Shown here piece by piece: positions 36,081 to 45,789 of a stretch of DNA of 64,000 bases. The position numbers were made by a program, and so were the translations under genes. Below the pieces are notes generated by a model that was given only the letters and a program-made list of their open reading frames with translations, had not been told where the DNA came from and searched no databases. Origin of the DNA: an uncultured virus (IMG/VR IMGVR_UViG_3300046463_000793) (lineage: Duplodnaviria; Heunggongvirae; Uroviricota; Caudoviricetes); IMG/VR virus record IMGVR_UViG_3300046463_000793. One strand, written 5' to 3'. Every line of letters starts with the position of its first letter. The stretch's first letter is position 1.

Positions 36081-38087
36081 ATGGCAACCAATGACTTCCT
36101 GACCTTCGCTGGTGATCCGGCGGCGGATGTGCTGCCGCAGTCGCAATACCTTGCGAGCAGCTTCACCGCGCGTCTGCTTGGGTTCTCCACCGGCACCGCG
36201 CTGTCGATCCAGCTCAACAAAGTCTGGCGGCAGGCATCGCTGATCAGTCACATGATCGGCCAGTTCACCATCGATGAAGTCAACCAGGACATGCTGGATG
36301 ACGGCACGCCCGCTGGTCTGACAGCATTGGAAACGCATTTCCGCGCAGCTATTACCCACGTAGCCCAAAGCGCGGTGGGCACCGGATACTTGCCACTCAC
36401 CGGAGGCGCGCTTTCCGGGCTACTGACCATCAACGCCAGCCCGCTCGCGATCAATGCACCGGCTGATCAGTCGGTAGCGATCAACCTTTCGCGCCAATCC
36501 AGTCATACCGCAGCATTGCTTGGTTACACCGGCACTTTCTCCCGCTGGGCTGTTCTGGTCGGCGATTCCGCACCAGAGCAGGGCGGCAACTCCGGTTCTA
36601 ATTTCGCAATTTATAGTTATGCCGATGGCGGCGGCCCCAACGCACTTGATATACCGCTCTCCATCAACCGCGCGACGGGTGTGGTAAATTTCAGCCACTC
36701 TCCCACTGTCAATGGCGCGAACCTGCCCTACGTGCGAATGACCGGCGATGTGATGAGTGGGCCGCTCGGCGTTGGTAGCCTCGGCATTTCCTATAACGGC
36801 CTAGGTGGCTACTGGGCCGCGCACCATATCGCGTTCGGCTGGGACGGCACCTGGGTGAATATGGCGGTCGATGGCACCTTCATAGGGTCGATTGCCACGA
36901 CAGCCTGGGCGAATAGTCTCGTCGGCAATTACCTGCCACTCGGTGGCGGCGTCTTGACCGGCCAGCTCGACGTCCATGCGCAGATTATTGCTGGTGGCAC
37001 TCTATGGGCGCGCTCCACTGTAGTGTTTGGCAACCTCGCTGACTTCGCGAATTTCACCGACGGCCGCTACCGCTACCGGCAATGGGCGGGCAGTTGGTAT
37101 GAGGCATGGGATGGTCAGACCGGGTTGCGCGCCTGGGCCGCGCCCGGCGCTTGGATCATGACACTGGATGGCACCGGAAGTTTATACGTCCGCAACACCC
37201 TGAAAGCTGATGGCAGCCGCATCATTTCCGCCAGTGGTCTGAACGGTGGTAGCGTCGCACCTTCGGTGTGCTGCTACTGGACCAGCGGCGTTGCCAAGGG
37301 CATGTGGGTCGACGCCAGTGGCCTGTGGCTTGGACAGATGGACGGCGCTGGCAATCCAACGCGCGCCGACATGTTGTATGACAACAACGGCTACTTAACG
37401 ATCTACGGCATCTTGCAGGTCAACAGCAACTTCACCTGCTATGGCGGCCAGGGCTGGTTCGCCGGGGTATTGATCACCAATTCTAATTTCAGCGCGGCGG
37501 GCACCGGCTATTTCGGCAACTGGGTGACTATGGCGAGCAGCCTTCAGGTCAATGGTAATATCAACTGCAACAACACGGTCAACGGTGCGGTTGTTTCATC
37601 CAACGGCTACCTCTGGGCCAACGACCGGCTGATGGTCAAATCCGGCTACCCGGCAATTTGCAGTTGGAACCCCGTAGCCGGTGGCGCTGGCGGGTTCTGG
37701 GCGTTGTCTGACCATCTTGGGTTCACCGGAATGGACGGCAACGGCAACCCGACCAGCTACATGGCGACGATGACCTATAGCGGCTGGCTGTATATGGCGG
37801 GTGGCCTGGGTGGCATCTCGGACGCCAAGGTCAAGCATGATATCAAACCATCATCAGCGTTCGACAGTCTCGCGGCAATCCGTGCCCTGGTCTCACGCGC
37901 TTTCAATTGGAACTTTAACAATGCGCATCAGCCGTTCGGCCTGATCGCTTCTGAGGTGGCACCGCATTTGCCGGATGTGGTGCGTAATCATGACAACACC
38001 GATTACCTCGATCTGACCGCGCTGCTGGTGCATGCGCTGCGTGCCATTCAGCAACTGGCAGATCGTATCGAAGGGGCACGCGCATGA
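36081..38087 (+). CDS. tail fibre with C-terminal S74-type chaperone
   Basis: NDFL.FA...LNKVWRQAS baseplate-binding N-terminus; SDAKVKHDI...GLIASEV. Confidence 0.85.
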   Translation: MATNDFLTFAGDPAADVLPQSQYLASSFTARLLGFSTGTALSIQLNKVWRQASLISHMIGQFTIDEVNQDMLDDGTPAGLTALETHFRAAITHVAQSAVGTGYLPLTGGALSGLLTINASPLAINAPADQSVAINLSRQSSHTAALLGYTGTFSRWAVLVGDSAPEQGGNSGSNFAIYSYADGGGPNALDIPLSINRATGVVNFSHSPTVNGANLPYVRMTGDVMSGPLGVGSLGISYNGLGGYWAAHHIAFGWDGTWVNMAVDGTFIGSIATTAWANSLVGNYLPLGGGVLTGQLDVHAQIIAGGTLWARSTVVFGNLADFANFTDGRYRYRQWAGSWYEAWDGQTGLRAWAAPGAWIMTLDGTGSLYVRNTLKADGSRIISASGLNGGSVAPSVCCYWTSGVAKGMWVDASGLWLGQMDGAGNPTRADMLYDNNGYLTIYGILQVNSNFTCYGGQGWFAGVLITNSNFSAAGTGYFGNWVTMASSLQVNGNINCNNTVNGAVVSSNGYLWANDRLMVKSGYPAICSWNPVAGGAGGFWALSDHLGFTGMDGNGNPTSYMATMTYSGWLYMAGGLGGISDAKVKHDIKPSSAFDSLAAIRALVSRAFNWNFNNAHQPFGLIASEVAPHLPDVVRNHDNTDYLDLTALLVHALRAIQQLADRIEGARA

Positions 38088-38524
38088 GTGACGACCCAGA
38101 GGTTAACCCCGGCACCTCGGTGCCGACGCCACCAACGCAGCCACCGGATAGCTCCCTGTTCCCGCAGGGACATACAATCATCGACCACCCGTGGCAGCCA
38201 GCTCCACTCGATCTACCCAGTGCGCCGATACCAGCGCCGCCGGTCATGCCGCCAGTCGTGGTCGACGAGCCATATGCTGCGCAAGAGGTTGGCAGTGATA
38301 CAGCGACCTGCACAATGGGCAACTGGGAGAACGAGCCGCATACCTACATTTATCAGTGGTTACGTGACGGCATCAATATTCCTGGCGGCACCACCGACCA
38401 ATACCCCATCACCTCGGCAGATGCCGGACGGACCCTCACCTGCGTCGTCACCGCGATCAACAACGGTGGCGGCGGGTCAGCAACATCGAGTGCGGTCGTT
38501 GCTGTATATACACCACCAACTTGA
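38084..38524 (+). CDS. Pro-rich linker plus Ig-like domain protein
   Basis: YIYQWLRDG..IPG...Y.ITSADAG.TLTCVVTA.N. Confidence 0.7.
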   Translation: MSDDPEVNPGTSVPTPPTQPPDSSLFPQGHTIIDHPWQPAPLDLPSAPIPAPPVMPPVVVDEPYAAQEVGSDTATCTMGNWENEPHTYIYQWLRDGINIPGGTTDQYPITSADAGRTLTCVVTAINNGGGGSATSSAVVAVYTPPT

Positions 38525-38535
38525 AGGAGACGCGT

Positions 38536-38736
38536 ATGCCTAAAGACCCGGAAATCACTTGGACGCTGACGATGCTGCAGGCCAACCAGATCATGGGCAC
38601 GCTGGCCAAGCAGCCGTTCGGCGAGGTCGCTGACCTGATCGCCGAATTGCAGAAGCAGGCGCAGTCGCAATTGCAGGGGCAGCAGATGCCGCAGATGCCG
38701 CACCAGAAGATGGACGGCGAGGCGCGGGTGCAATGA
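38536..38736 (+). CDS. small tail-associated hypothetical protein
   Basis: AAGGAG RBS; AN.I...LAKQPF.EVA.LI..LQ.QA pattern. Confidence 0.7.
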   Translation: MPKDPEITWTLTMLQANQIMGTLAKQPFGEVADLIAELQKQAQSQLQGQQMPQMPHQKMDGEARVQ

Positions 38737-38930
38737 GTTCGCAGCGGATGACCGTGCAGGTTGCCGCGGTCCAGTTCGGCGACGAATGGCTCGGCTCCAC
38801 GGTCACCGGCATCGCCAATTCGTGGCGACCGGAGAACATGGACATCACGCTCTATGATCCCGCCGCGCAGCAGAGCCGCACCGTGACGATCAATAAAACC
38901 CAATGGTTCGCGGTGACCCGCGACATGTGA
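38733..38930 (+). CDS. hypothetical protein
   Basis: Coupled last ORF of the late operon. Confidence 0.55.
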   Translation: MSSQRMTVQVAAVQFGDEWLGSTVTGIANSWRPENMDITLYDPAAQQSRTVTINKTQWFAVTRDM

Positions 38931-38967
38931 CAGGCTGCGTCGTCGTTGAGAGCATGAAGACATCCTC

Positions 38968-39000
38968 GCCCCCGGCCCCGCGGCCGGGGGCTATTTTTTT
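38968..39000 (+). terminator. rho-independent terminator ending the late operon
   Basis: GCCCCCGGCC-CCGC-GGCCGGGGGC followed by TATTTTTTT at the convergence point. Confidence 0.85.
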
Positions 39001-39476
39001 GTCTCCCAGCTGAACACCGCGCCCGCGTCCAACAGCATCCGCAGCAACGCTGAGCCTTCCGTCAGCGGTAGCGTGATATCGATTTTGATGTGCGCCTCGC
39101 CGGTTGGGGTCACCACGAACGACAGCGCGTCCGCCCGCCTGGGGGCCACCCAGGCGGCGCCTGTTGCCGTGCGTGGGGGACCCACCTCGTGCTTGACAGG
39201 AAGGCCGTCTGGCGCCTTGCTGCGCACCTTGGCGGCGAGGTCATCGGGCTTACAGCCGAGCAGCTTGGCCAGCTTGATGCGGTTGGCGGGGCCGGGGCCG
39301 CCCTTACAGTTCAGCCAGATATAGGGGGCGGTGTGGCTGCGTTCGTTGCCGATTGCTTGGTTAAGGTCGGCGATGTCCTTGCCGGTGCGTTTTAGATACT
39401 CGCGCAGTGCCGCGGCGATGTGGCCATACGCGGCGATCTCGGCGGGCGTGGTGGGGCCGGGCTTACGGTTGGGCAT
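38991..39476 (-). CDS. XRE-type HTH transcriptional regulator
   Basis: IADLNQAIG...YIWLN....P.....KLAKLLGCKPDDL. Confidence 0.65.
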   Translation of the reverse strand: MPNRKPGPTTPAEIAAYGHIAAALREYLKRTGKDIADLNQAIGNERSHTAPYIWLNCKGGPGPANRIKLAKLLGCKPDDLAAKVRSKAPDGLPVKHEVGPPRTATGAAWVAPRRADALSFVVTPTGEAHIKIDITLPLTEGSALLRMLLDAGAVFSWETKK

Positions 39477-39478
39477 GT

Positions 39479-39766
39479 CTATGCGCTCCGCTTCTCAGAC
39501 GCCACCACGCGCAGCCTGGGGCGGCTCAGTGAGGGCGTATCCGTCCGCGCCACCAGGGCATAGTAAGCGTCGCGATAGCAGGCGGTTCGGGTTTTCAGCC
39601 CGAGCTGGAATTTGCCGCCGTGTTTCGCCTGCCAGCACCAGCCGGTGAGGAGTCGCAATTCGCCCTCGCGGCGGTGCTCATTCCAGACTTTACAGTCCAG
39701 CTTGGCCACGTAATGAAATCTGGCAACCTTGTCTATTTCGGCGATCACATCGTTTGGCAACCACAT
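39479..39766 (-). CDS. hypothetical protein
   Basis: ATG 39766 after GGAGGAAGG. Confidence 0.6.
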   Translation of the reverse strand: MWLPNDVIAEIDKVARFHYVAKLDCKVWNEHRREGELRLLTGWCWQAKHGGKFQLGLKTRTACYRDAYYALVARTDTPSLSRPRLRVVASEKRSA

Positions 39767-39856
39767 TGCGGAAATCCTTCCTCCAAGCAGACAAAGAAAA
39801 GGCGACAGCGCTCCCAACCGCTGCCGCCATAAGTTCAGTCTCCCAGTGTGGAGCCT

Positions 39857-40507
39857 TTAGCTCCGTTTGCGGCGTGCTGCGGCAAGCGTGCCCAGCAAGC
39901 CTACGCCAAGCAGGGCAATGGTGGCAGGCTCCGGCGCGGAGCCACCATCGGTCGGGTTGATCACGCAGTCATTACAGTTGCTCGGACCGCCGGACGCGAA
40001 GAAGCTGTTGCCGTTGGCGCCGACAAAGGCATGCACCGCGGCTTCCGGCACTGAGCTAGTCAGCACCTGGGTTTCATCAGCCCAGGTGCCCGAGGTGTCG
40101 TGGATCGTGAAGTTTGCCTCGACGACCGAGTCAGAGAAGCCGTTGGGGTTGGCTGAATAGTCCAGCGCGAAGTTACCGATGCCGCCCACCTTGCCGCCCA
40201 TCACCACGGTGTAGGTCGGGGTGGATGACCCCGGCGCCAGGACGAATTGCAGGCCGGTGATGCTGAACGTGCTGGCGTTGATATCCAGCCCCATCTCGCC
40301 GAAGGTAAACGAGTCGAGCCGCGAGAAGGTCGCGGTGGCGGTGGTCGAATTAACGAAGTGGATGTCGACCTGGGCGAATGGTCCGGCGCCCGAGACGCCG
40401 GTGTCATTGCTGCTGTTGATGGTGTAGATCACATCAGCGGAGGCGTGCGGCGGGTGAAACCACAAGGCACCGCAGACGATGGCGGTGGTAGCCAATAAAC
40501 GTTTCAT
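39857..40507 (-). CDS. PEP-CTERM sorting-domain surface protein
   Basis: Signal peptide; C-terminal APEPATIALLGVGLLGTLAAARRKRS. Confidence 0.9.
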   Translation of the reverse strand: MKRLLATTAIVCGALWFHPPHASADVIYTINSSNDTGVSGAGPFAQVDIHFVNSTTATATFSRLDSFTFGEMGLDINASTFSITGLQFVLAPGSSTPTYTVVMGGKVGGIGNFALDYSANPNGFSDSVVEANFTIHDTSGTWADETQVLTSSVPEAAVHAFVGANGNSFFASGGPSNCNDCVINPTDGGSAPEPATIALLGVGLLGTLAAARRKRS

Positions 40508-40610
40508 GTGTGCGTTCCTCTCAAATTAGGAAAAAAGCGGACGGCGGCCAGTGAAGGGGATCACGTTGCGCCGCCCGAAGTTTCCCAGATGCGGGCTGTC
40601 CTCCCGCGTG

Positions 40611-41282
40611 TTATGCCCGGCGACGGCGGACCATGCCGATGCCGAGCAAACCAATACCGAGCAGCCCAAGCGCTGCCGGCTCCGGTGTCGGGATCGCTTC
40701 TGTGGTGGCGGACGCGACGCCCGAGAAGCTGGCGGTGAACGCGGCGATCGTGGTGCCGTCCAGGTGCAGCCCCGGCGGTGCAGCGATGTTCGACATCGAC
40801 AGCGTGAACGACGACGGGCTGAGGAGGTCGATCGCCGGGATCACACTGGAGGTCAGCACCAACGTATCAGGCGGCGCGGCGACGTTGATCGAAAGCTGGC
40901 CGCCCGTGCTGGTGCCGAACGCGGCATCGGTGAACACGCCGCTCAGATCGTTGACATTGCCCACGCCACCGCAGTTCAGCGTCGAGCAGATCGTAAAGCT
41001 GCCGTTGTAGTGCTGCACAAACTGCGCGCCGATCGGCACCGCCGCGCCCTGGCTGACGGCGGTGAAGTTCATGAAGGCCGAGATCGCGGGTGGCGTGGTG
41101 ATACCGAACAACTGGTCGATCAGGATTGGAGTGCCGGAGGTGGTGATCGTTGTCGTGGTGCCGTTGTCGGTGGCAGTGACGGTGTTGTTGCCAGAGACTT
41201 GCCCGAACGAAATGATCTGGGTGGCGTTGGCCGCACTGGCCAGCCCGATCATCGCGGCGGTCGCGAGTAGAATGTTGCGCAT
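40611..41282 (-). CDS. PEP-CTERM sorting-domain surface protein
   Basis: Signal peptide ending ANA; C-terminal TPEPAALGLLGIGLLGIGMVRRRRA. Confidence 0.9.
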   Translation of the reverse strand: MRNILLATAAMIGLASAANATQIISFGQVSGNNTVTATDNGTTTTITTSGTPILIDQLFGITTPPAISAFMNFTAVSQGAAVPIGAQFVQHYNGSFTICSTLNCGGVGNVNDLSGVFTDAAFGTSTGGQLSINVAAPPDTLVLTSSVIPAIDLLSPSSFTLSMSNIAAPPGLHLDGTTIAAFTASFSGVASATTEAIPTPEPAALGLLGIGLLGIGMVRRRRA

Positions 41283-41384
41283 GTGCTTACCCTTTGCAAA
41301 GGATGCCCCGGGGTGGGGCGGCGCAAGTAAAGCACGGGAAGCAACAGGCCGGTCCAGAAATCGTCACGTTGCAGGATCAATGGC

Positions 41385-41597
41385 TTAGGAGGTGGAAGTC
41401 GGCACCACGGCGAAAAGCGTAAAGTCTGCCGACACCGTCTCAAGCCATAACGCCTGTGCCTGGGTGATCGCGGTCGCCCGCAGATGCGCCAGACCATCGT
41501 TGGTAATGCCACGCCCCGAGGTCAGGTATGACGCCAGCATCGGCGCCAGGAGCGACGCTGCCATCAGGCTGATATGCTCGGCAAGGTCATCGGTCAC
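41385..41597 (-). CDS. hypothetical protein
   Basis: Coupled ORF in the minus-strand operon. Confidence 0.5.
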   Translation of the reverse strand: MTDDLAEHISLMAASLLAPMLASYLTSGRGITNDGLAHLRATAITQAQALWLETVSADFTLFAVVPTSTS

Positions 41598-41806
41598 TTG
41601 CCGCGCGACGGATGCGCAATGTTCTTCGCCAGCAATTCCGAGGGCGCCGGCTGCAACAGCGCGTCGACCGCGCCGCGCAGCTCGATGTTATGACGGTTGA
41701 GCGCCCCGATCTCCGCTTCCTGCTCCTCGATCCGGCGCGCCTGCTCGGCGATGATCCGCCGCAACGAGCGCACCAGGGTCTCCCCTGTCATGCTCTCGTC
41801 GGTCAT
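41594..41806 (-). CDS. small coiled-coil hypothetical protein
   Basis: Coupled ORF with heptad pattern. Confidence 0.55.
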   Translation of the reverse strand: MTDESMTGETLVRSLRRIIAEQARRIEEQEAEIGALNRHNIELRGAVDALLQPAPSELLAKNIAHPSRGK

Positions 41807-42966
41807 AGTCCGCTCCATACGTCACCCACGACGTGCGACAGCACGCTACTGCTGGTGATCTCCGCCATCAACGCGGTGAACGTATCCGGGGCGGACCACA
41901 CCTCGGGATGCGCGGCCGAATAGACGGTGAAATCCTGAATCACCAGCGCGTGGTATTGATCGAGTGTCAAGGCGGGAGGCGGCGGTGGGATGGGCGGGGG
42001 TGGTGATACTGGGGGTGGCGGTGGCGGTAATTCTGGGGGTGACGTTGATCCTGTGGGTGACCCGGGAGGATAGATGAACGCCATGGCGCTGGTGTCCAGC
42101 GTCGGCCGCGAGGCCAGCAGCACGGTGTCGTTGCCGAAGCTGGACGCGGGCAACCCGAACACGCTGTTGCCAGATAGGCTGATCGCCGTGCCTGATGTGT
42201 TGAGGATACCGCGCCCGCTGGGATCATCGTTGACGATGGTGTTGCCGGTGAGCGTCGCCGTGGCGCCGCTGCCGGTGGTGCCTTCCTCGCCGTAAGCGAC
42301 GATAAAGGGGTTCTGGGTGTTGGCGCCTTGTTCGATCACGTTGCCGCTGATGCTGGCGTTGCCACCGTTGGGTAGGTCTATACTGTAGCTGGCACTGCCG
42401 TTGTTATCAAAAATTCGGTTTCCAGTAATGGTGTTGGAGGCAGCACGGGTCTTGATCTCATGGCCCACCACTGCGTCGTGGACGTAACTGTTAGTAAGGG
42501 CGAAGGATGCAATGGCACCGATGTAGAGGTTGTGGGTTGATCCACTGCCATCGCCATTCTGATCGATCTCGCTGTGGTCGATGCTGATCGCGCCGTTCTG
42601 GTCTGCGGCGCCCAGGAGTCCCTCCTGATTATTAAAGAGAGCCACGTTGGACAGGTTCAGCGTGCCGCCCTCGTATCTGATGGCGGCACCGTTGTTGTCG
42701 CCCACGATGGCGCCGCTGATGTCGAAGCCTGATAGGTTGACCGTCAGCCCGGGTTGACCCTCGGTGATGATGGCCTTGCCGTTCGGTGCGTTGGTGGTGG
42801 CGACCAGCACAGCAGGGCCGCCGACGGCTTCGATGGTCAGCGATTTTTCCACGGTCAGGAATTGATTGCGATAGGTGCCGGCGGCGACGTCGATGGTGTC
42901 ACCTGGGCTGGCGGCGTCGATCGCTGCCTGGATCGAGGCACCGGCTGCGACGGTGAGGATGGCCAT
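41803..42966 (-). CDS. right-handed beta-helix (pectate-lyase-like) protein with Pro-rich linker
   Basis: SIQAAIDAA.PGDTI.V.AGTY, NGAAIRYEGG, HNLYIG, GHEIKTRA, YSIDLPNGG. Confidence 0.8.
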   Translation of the reverse strand: MAILTVAAGASIQAAIDAASPGDTIDVAAGTYRNQFLTVEKSLTIEAVGGPAVLVATTNAPNGKAIITEGQPGLTVNLSGFDISGAIVGDNNGAAIRYEGGTLNLSNVALFNNQEGLLGAADQNGAISIDHSEIDQNGDGSGSTHNLYIGAIASFALTNSYVHDAVVGHEIKTRAASNTITGNRIFDNNGSASYSIDLPNGGNASISGNVIEQGANTQNPFIVAYGEEGTTGSGATATLTGNTIVNDDPSGRGILNTSGTAISLSGNSVFGLPASSFGNDTVLLASRPTLDTSAMAFIYPPGSPTGSTSPPELPPPPPPVSPPPPIPPPPPALTLDQYHALVIQDFTVYSAAHPEVWSAPDTFTALMAEITSSSVLSHVVGDVWSGL

Positions 42967-42978
42967 AGCGCGACTCCG

Positions 42979-43317
42979 TCATGCTGTGAGGTCGTCACGC
43001 TGCGATAGCAGAAAATTGAGATAATCGCGCAAGGCCTGAGTCTGCTCCCAGGACAACCAGACATCGACGATACCGTGGAACGCCCGGCCGGTGTCGGGGT
43101 TTTCTATATGATGGGCGGACGCCTGGAAGCTGATGTCACCCTCTTCGCTCTCGTCGCAAGTCGACACCATAAGCGAGGTTTCCTGGCTGTCACCGATCCT
43201 TGTGTCAACCAGTCGGCTGCTGCTCCATAGGCCTTTGTCGTCCTGCGTGCCACGTTCGCTGACCGTCAGCGAACCGTCACCGCTGACGGAAAAACTACTA
43301 TCAAAACAGGCTGTCAT
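42979..43317 (-). CDS. hypothetical protein
   Basis: ATGA-coupled to the upstream ORF. Confidence 0.5.
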   Translation of the reverse strand: MTACFDSSFSVSGDGSLTVSERGTQDDKGLWSSSRLVDTRIGDSQETSLMVSTCDESEEGDISFQASAHHIENPDTGRAFHGIVDVWLSWEQTQALRDYLNFLLSQRDDLTA

Positions 43318-43679
43318 ACGAATATTCTCGGCGGCAGTGGAATCTGCTGATCGTGCGGCCTCCACCAATGAAGAACATATGGATGGACGTTGATATGCTG
43401 GTCGGGCGGTAGATGCAGTTGCATAGCCACTTCGTCGTCCTGGAAGAACAGCTTGGCCACGTGTTCCATCTCCGCCCAATTCGGCACGCGATTTTTGCGC
43501 GACACGCTGACATGGTCCCACAGGTCGCTATTGCTGGCGACCACCACCATCAGCGCGCCGTCGATCGGGCTCTGGATGATGAAGCTGCCGCGTTCGCCAT
43601 CGCCGGCCCAGCCGTCGGTATGCGCCAATGCCTTGGGGTCGGTGATGCGAAATCGATCGAGCTCATGCAGATCTCGCAT
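43314..43679 (-). CDS. conserved phage protein (WDHVSVS...PxWxEM...HxxxLHxW family)
   Basis: Characteristic motif set. Confidence 0.75.
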   Translation of the reverse strand: MRDLHELDRFRITDPKALAHTDGWAGDGERGSFIIQSPIDGALMVVVASNSDLWDHVSVSRKNRVPNWAEMEHVAKLFFQDDEVAMQLHLPPDQHINVHPYVLHWWRPHDQQIPLPPRIFV

Positions 43680-44047
43680 CAGGCGATGCTCGGCGGCCGG
43701 GTGTTGGGCAAGGTGGCCAAATGCGCTTCCAGCCGCTTGGTCAGGCTGGCGATAATTTTGACGACCGCGGCGCCGTGCTCACCGTAGGGCGCGGCCACCG
43801 AGGCAACTTTCAGCATCATGATGAAGCTGTCCGCGGCTGCCCAGGAAATCGTGGCAGACATGATCATCGCCTCCATCAGCCGTTCCACGGCGACCGCGTG
43901 GGCCTCTGGCGGCGTCTGGCCGGGTGGGCGGCGTAGCGGTGCCACGTTGCTGATGGTGTGCTCCACGGGGCCCAGGACCCGCTCCACGGGGCCCTGGACG
44001 CGTGTCTGGCCCGGCTCGGTCTTGTCGATGGGTGGGCCTTCCGTCAT
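43679..44047 (-). CDS. hypothetical protein
   Basis: Coupled ORF. Confidence 0.55.
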   Translation of the reverse strand: MTEGPPIDKTEPGQTRVQGPVERVLGPVEHTISNVAPLRRPPGQTPPEAHAVAVERLMEAMIMSATISWAAADSFIMMLKVASVAAPYGEHGAAVVKIIASLTKRLEAHLATLPNTRPPSIA

Positions 44048-45210
44048 GCGGTGCTCTCCAGCTCGGCGTAGCGTTTCTTCACCTCGGCCTGCAACTGGTC
44101 GGAGTCCTCCGGCGTGAGCAGCGATGCCGGGCGGGAGAACTCCGGCGCCACGATCACCGAGTCCAGCGCCACCGCGGTCTCGCAGGACCGCACGCGCGCC
44201 ACCAACGGCGCCAGCGACTGTCGGGGCGTGGCGGTGGTGGTGGTGGTGGTGGTGGTCGTGGGCGGCTCCTCATCCGGCACGAAGTCGGTGGGCGCAGTGG
44301 CCGTCCTGGCCGCTTCTGCTTTGGCTCGCGCCTCAGCGACTGCCGCCTCGTTGGCTGTCCTGGCAGCCTCCTCCAGCTCGAGCCTGCGAGCATACAGCAT
44401 GTCGTCGATCAGCAACCCGTCGGGTTTGGTTTGCGCGTCCCAGAACGCCAGGAACTTGGCGTTGCTCTTGAACGTCTCGAGCTGCTCGGTGTTAGTCACC
44501 TTCTGCAGCTGGGTCTGCAGACTCGGAAAGCGCGCGATTCCCCGGGCGATGTTCGGCTTCACGTCGGCCGGCGGACGTGACGCTGGCGAGCTGCCACGTG
44601 GCTTGCGCGTCGGATCGCCGCCATCGTTGTCGTCAGCAATGTCCGGCATGTGCTGGATCAACGAGAACACCATGCCGAGCAAATACCGCGACAAATAGGT
44701 GACCGTGCCGCCCACCGCTTGCAGATTGTTCATCTGGGTTTTGCCACCCCGGATGCCTTCGCCCGACAGGATCGGGCCAGACAGCGCGGTGACTTCCTCG
44801 TGGTCGCCCAACGATAAGATGAGCGTGACCGTCATCCAGTCAGGGTCAGGATGCGGCAGGGTGCCGAAGCGGAACGCCAGACCCTTTTGCGCGGTGATCG
44901 GTTTGATCACACTGAGCATGCCCGGCAGCGTCGCGTAGCGGCTGTGCAGATAATCGTTGGATGCGTCCTTCGGCACCTGCTGCATCTCGGTCGCCGCGTC
45001 AGCCATCGCCACGTTGAACGCGCTATGCGCTTGGCGCGTCTCGCGCTCGGTCAGAAACCGCACGGCCACTTCGAACTTTGCGGGGTCGAAATTAGGATCA
45101 GTCGCCGCGCGCAACAGCATCGCGGTGAGCGGATCGGCGCCGTTGCCGGTCGTCAGCGCCCGGCCGCCGTTACTAGGGTTGCCCACCAGGGGCACGGAAT
45201 TGTCGGACAT
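44044..45210 (-). CDS. ERF-family single-strand annealing protein
   Basis: AFNVAMA, SRYATL, QAVGGTVTYLSRY, DDNDG; poly-Thr linker. Confidence 0.8.
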   Translation of the reverse strand: MSDNSVPLVGNPSNGGRALTTGNGADPLTAMLLRAATDPNFDPAKFEVAVRFLTERETRQAHSAFNVAMADAATEMQQVPKDASNDYLHSRYATLPGMLSVIKPITAQKGLAFRFGTLPHPDPDWMTVTLILSLGDHEEVTALSGPILSGEGIRGGKTQMNNLQAVGGTVTYLSRYLLGMVFSLIQHMPDIADDNDGGDPTRKPRGSSPASRPPADVKPNIARGIARFPSLQTQLQKVTNTEQLETFKSNAKFLAFWDAQTKPDGLLIDDMLYARRLELEEAARTANEAAVAEARAKAEAARTATAPTDFVPDEEPPTTTTTTTTTATPRQSLAPLVARVRSCETAVALDSVIVAPEFSRPASLLTPEDSDQLQAEVKKRYAELESTA

Positions 45211-45211
45211 A

Positions 45212-45538
45212 TCAGGCGACTCCTTTGGCGGCTTTGCTGCGTAGGCTCACGAGCTCCCCGTCTTCGCTGATGCCGCGTAATTCGACGCGTTTTTGGGGCA
45301 GCTGGAACGTGAACTGCTCGACAATGGCTGGATGCATTTTTCTCATCTCAACCAGATCCGTGCGCTCGGTCATCAGCTCCTTGACCTCGGCGGCATACGC
45401 ATTGCCGGTGCGGGCTGATGGATCGGCGAGCATCAACGCGCGCAGTATATCCTCACGCGCCTTCAGCCGCTTGATTTCATCACGCACCGCGAACAACTCG
45501 TCGGCGGGCGGCACGTTGGAGAGGGGAGGGGTGCTCAT
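45212..45538 (-). CDS. hypothetical protein of the recombination module
   Basis: PADEL..VR.EIK.LKARE..LR coiled coil. Confidence 0.65.
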   Translation of the reverse strand: MSTPPLSNVPPADELFAVRDEIKRLKAREDILRALMLADPSARTGNAYAAEVKELMTERTDLVEMRKMHPAIVEQFTFQLPQKRVELRGISEDGELVSLRSKAAKGVA

Positions 45539-45606
45539 GGCAAAGCTTCTTGCACAGTCTGGTGTTTCGTGCAAGGGTTTCCCGTATAGATACAGAGGCC
45601 ATCGAT

Positions 45607-45789
45607 ATGGTGTTATCCCGTAAGGCGTTGGCGAAGAAGCCGGCACGCTATCGCCGACCGTTGACCATCACGCTGCCGTCCGATTTGTTGAAGCAGCTGG
45701 AAACCCAGGTTGAGCACGAACAACGGAGCCGCTCGAAGATCGTCGAGATGGCGCTGCGCAAGCACATCGAAGAGGCGGCAACAACCTGA
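45607..45789 (+). CDS. ribbon-helix-helix (CopG-like) regulator
   Basis: LTITLP.DLL..L......SRSKIVEMALR; divergent from the 45538 gene. Confidence 0.75.
   Translation: MVLSRKALAKKPARYRRPLTITLPSDLLKQLETQVEHEQRSRSKIVEMALRKHIEEAATT

Noticed and set aside
44231..44260. (GTG)n microsatellite as a phase-variation tract
   Set aside because: In-frame triplet encoding a poly-Thr linker in the ERF protein; slippage would not shift the frame.
38991..45789. Lysogeny module (integrase/repressor/att)
   Set aside because: HTH and RHH genes are present, but there is no integrase, no S24 peptidase repressor and no host flank, so lifestyle cannot be determined.
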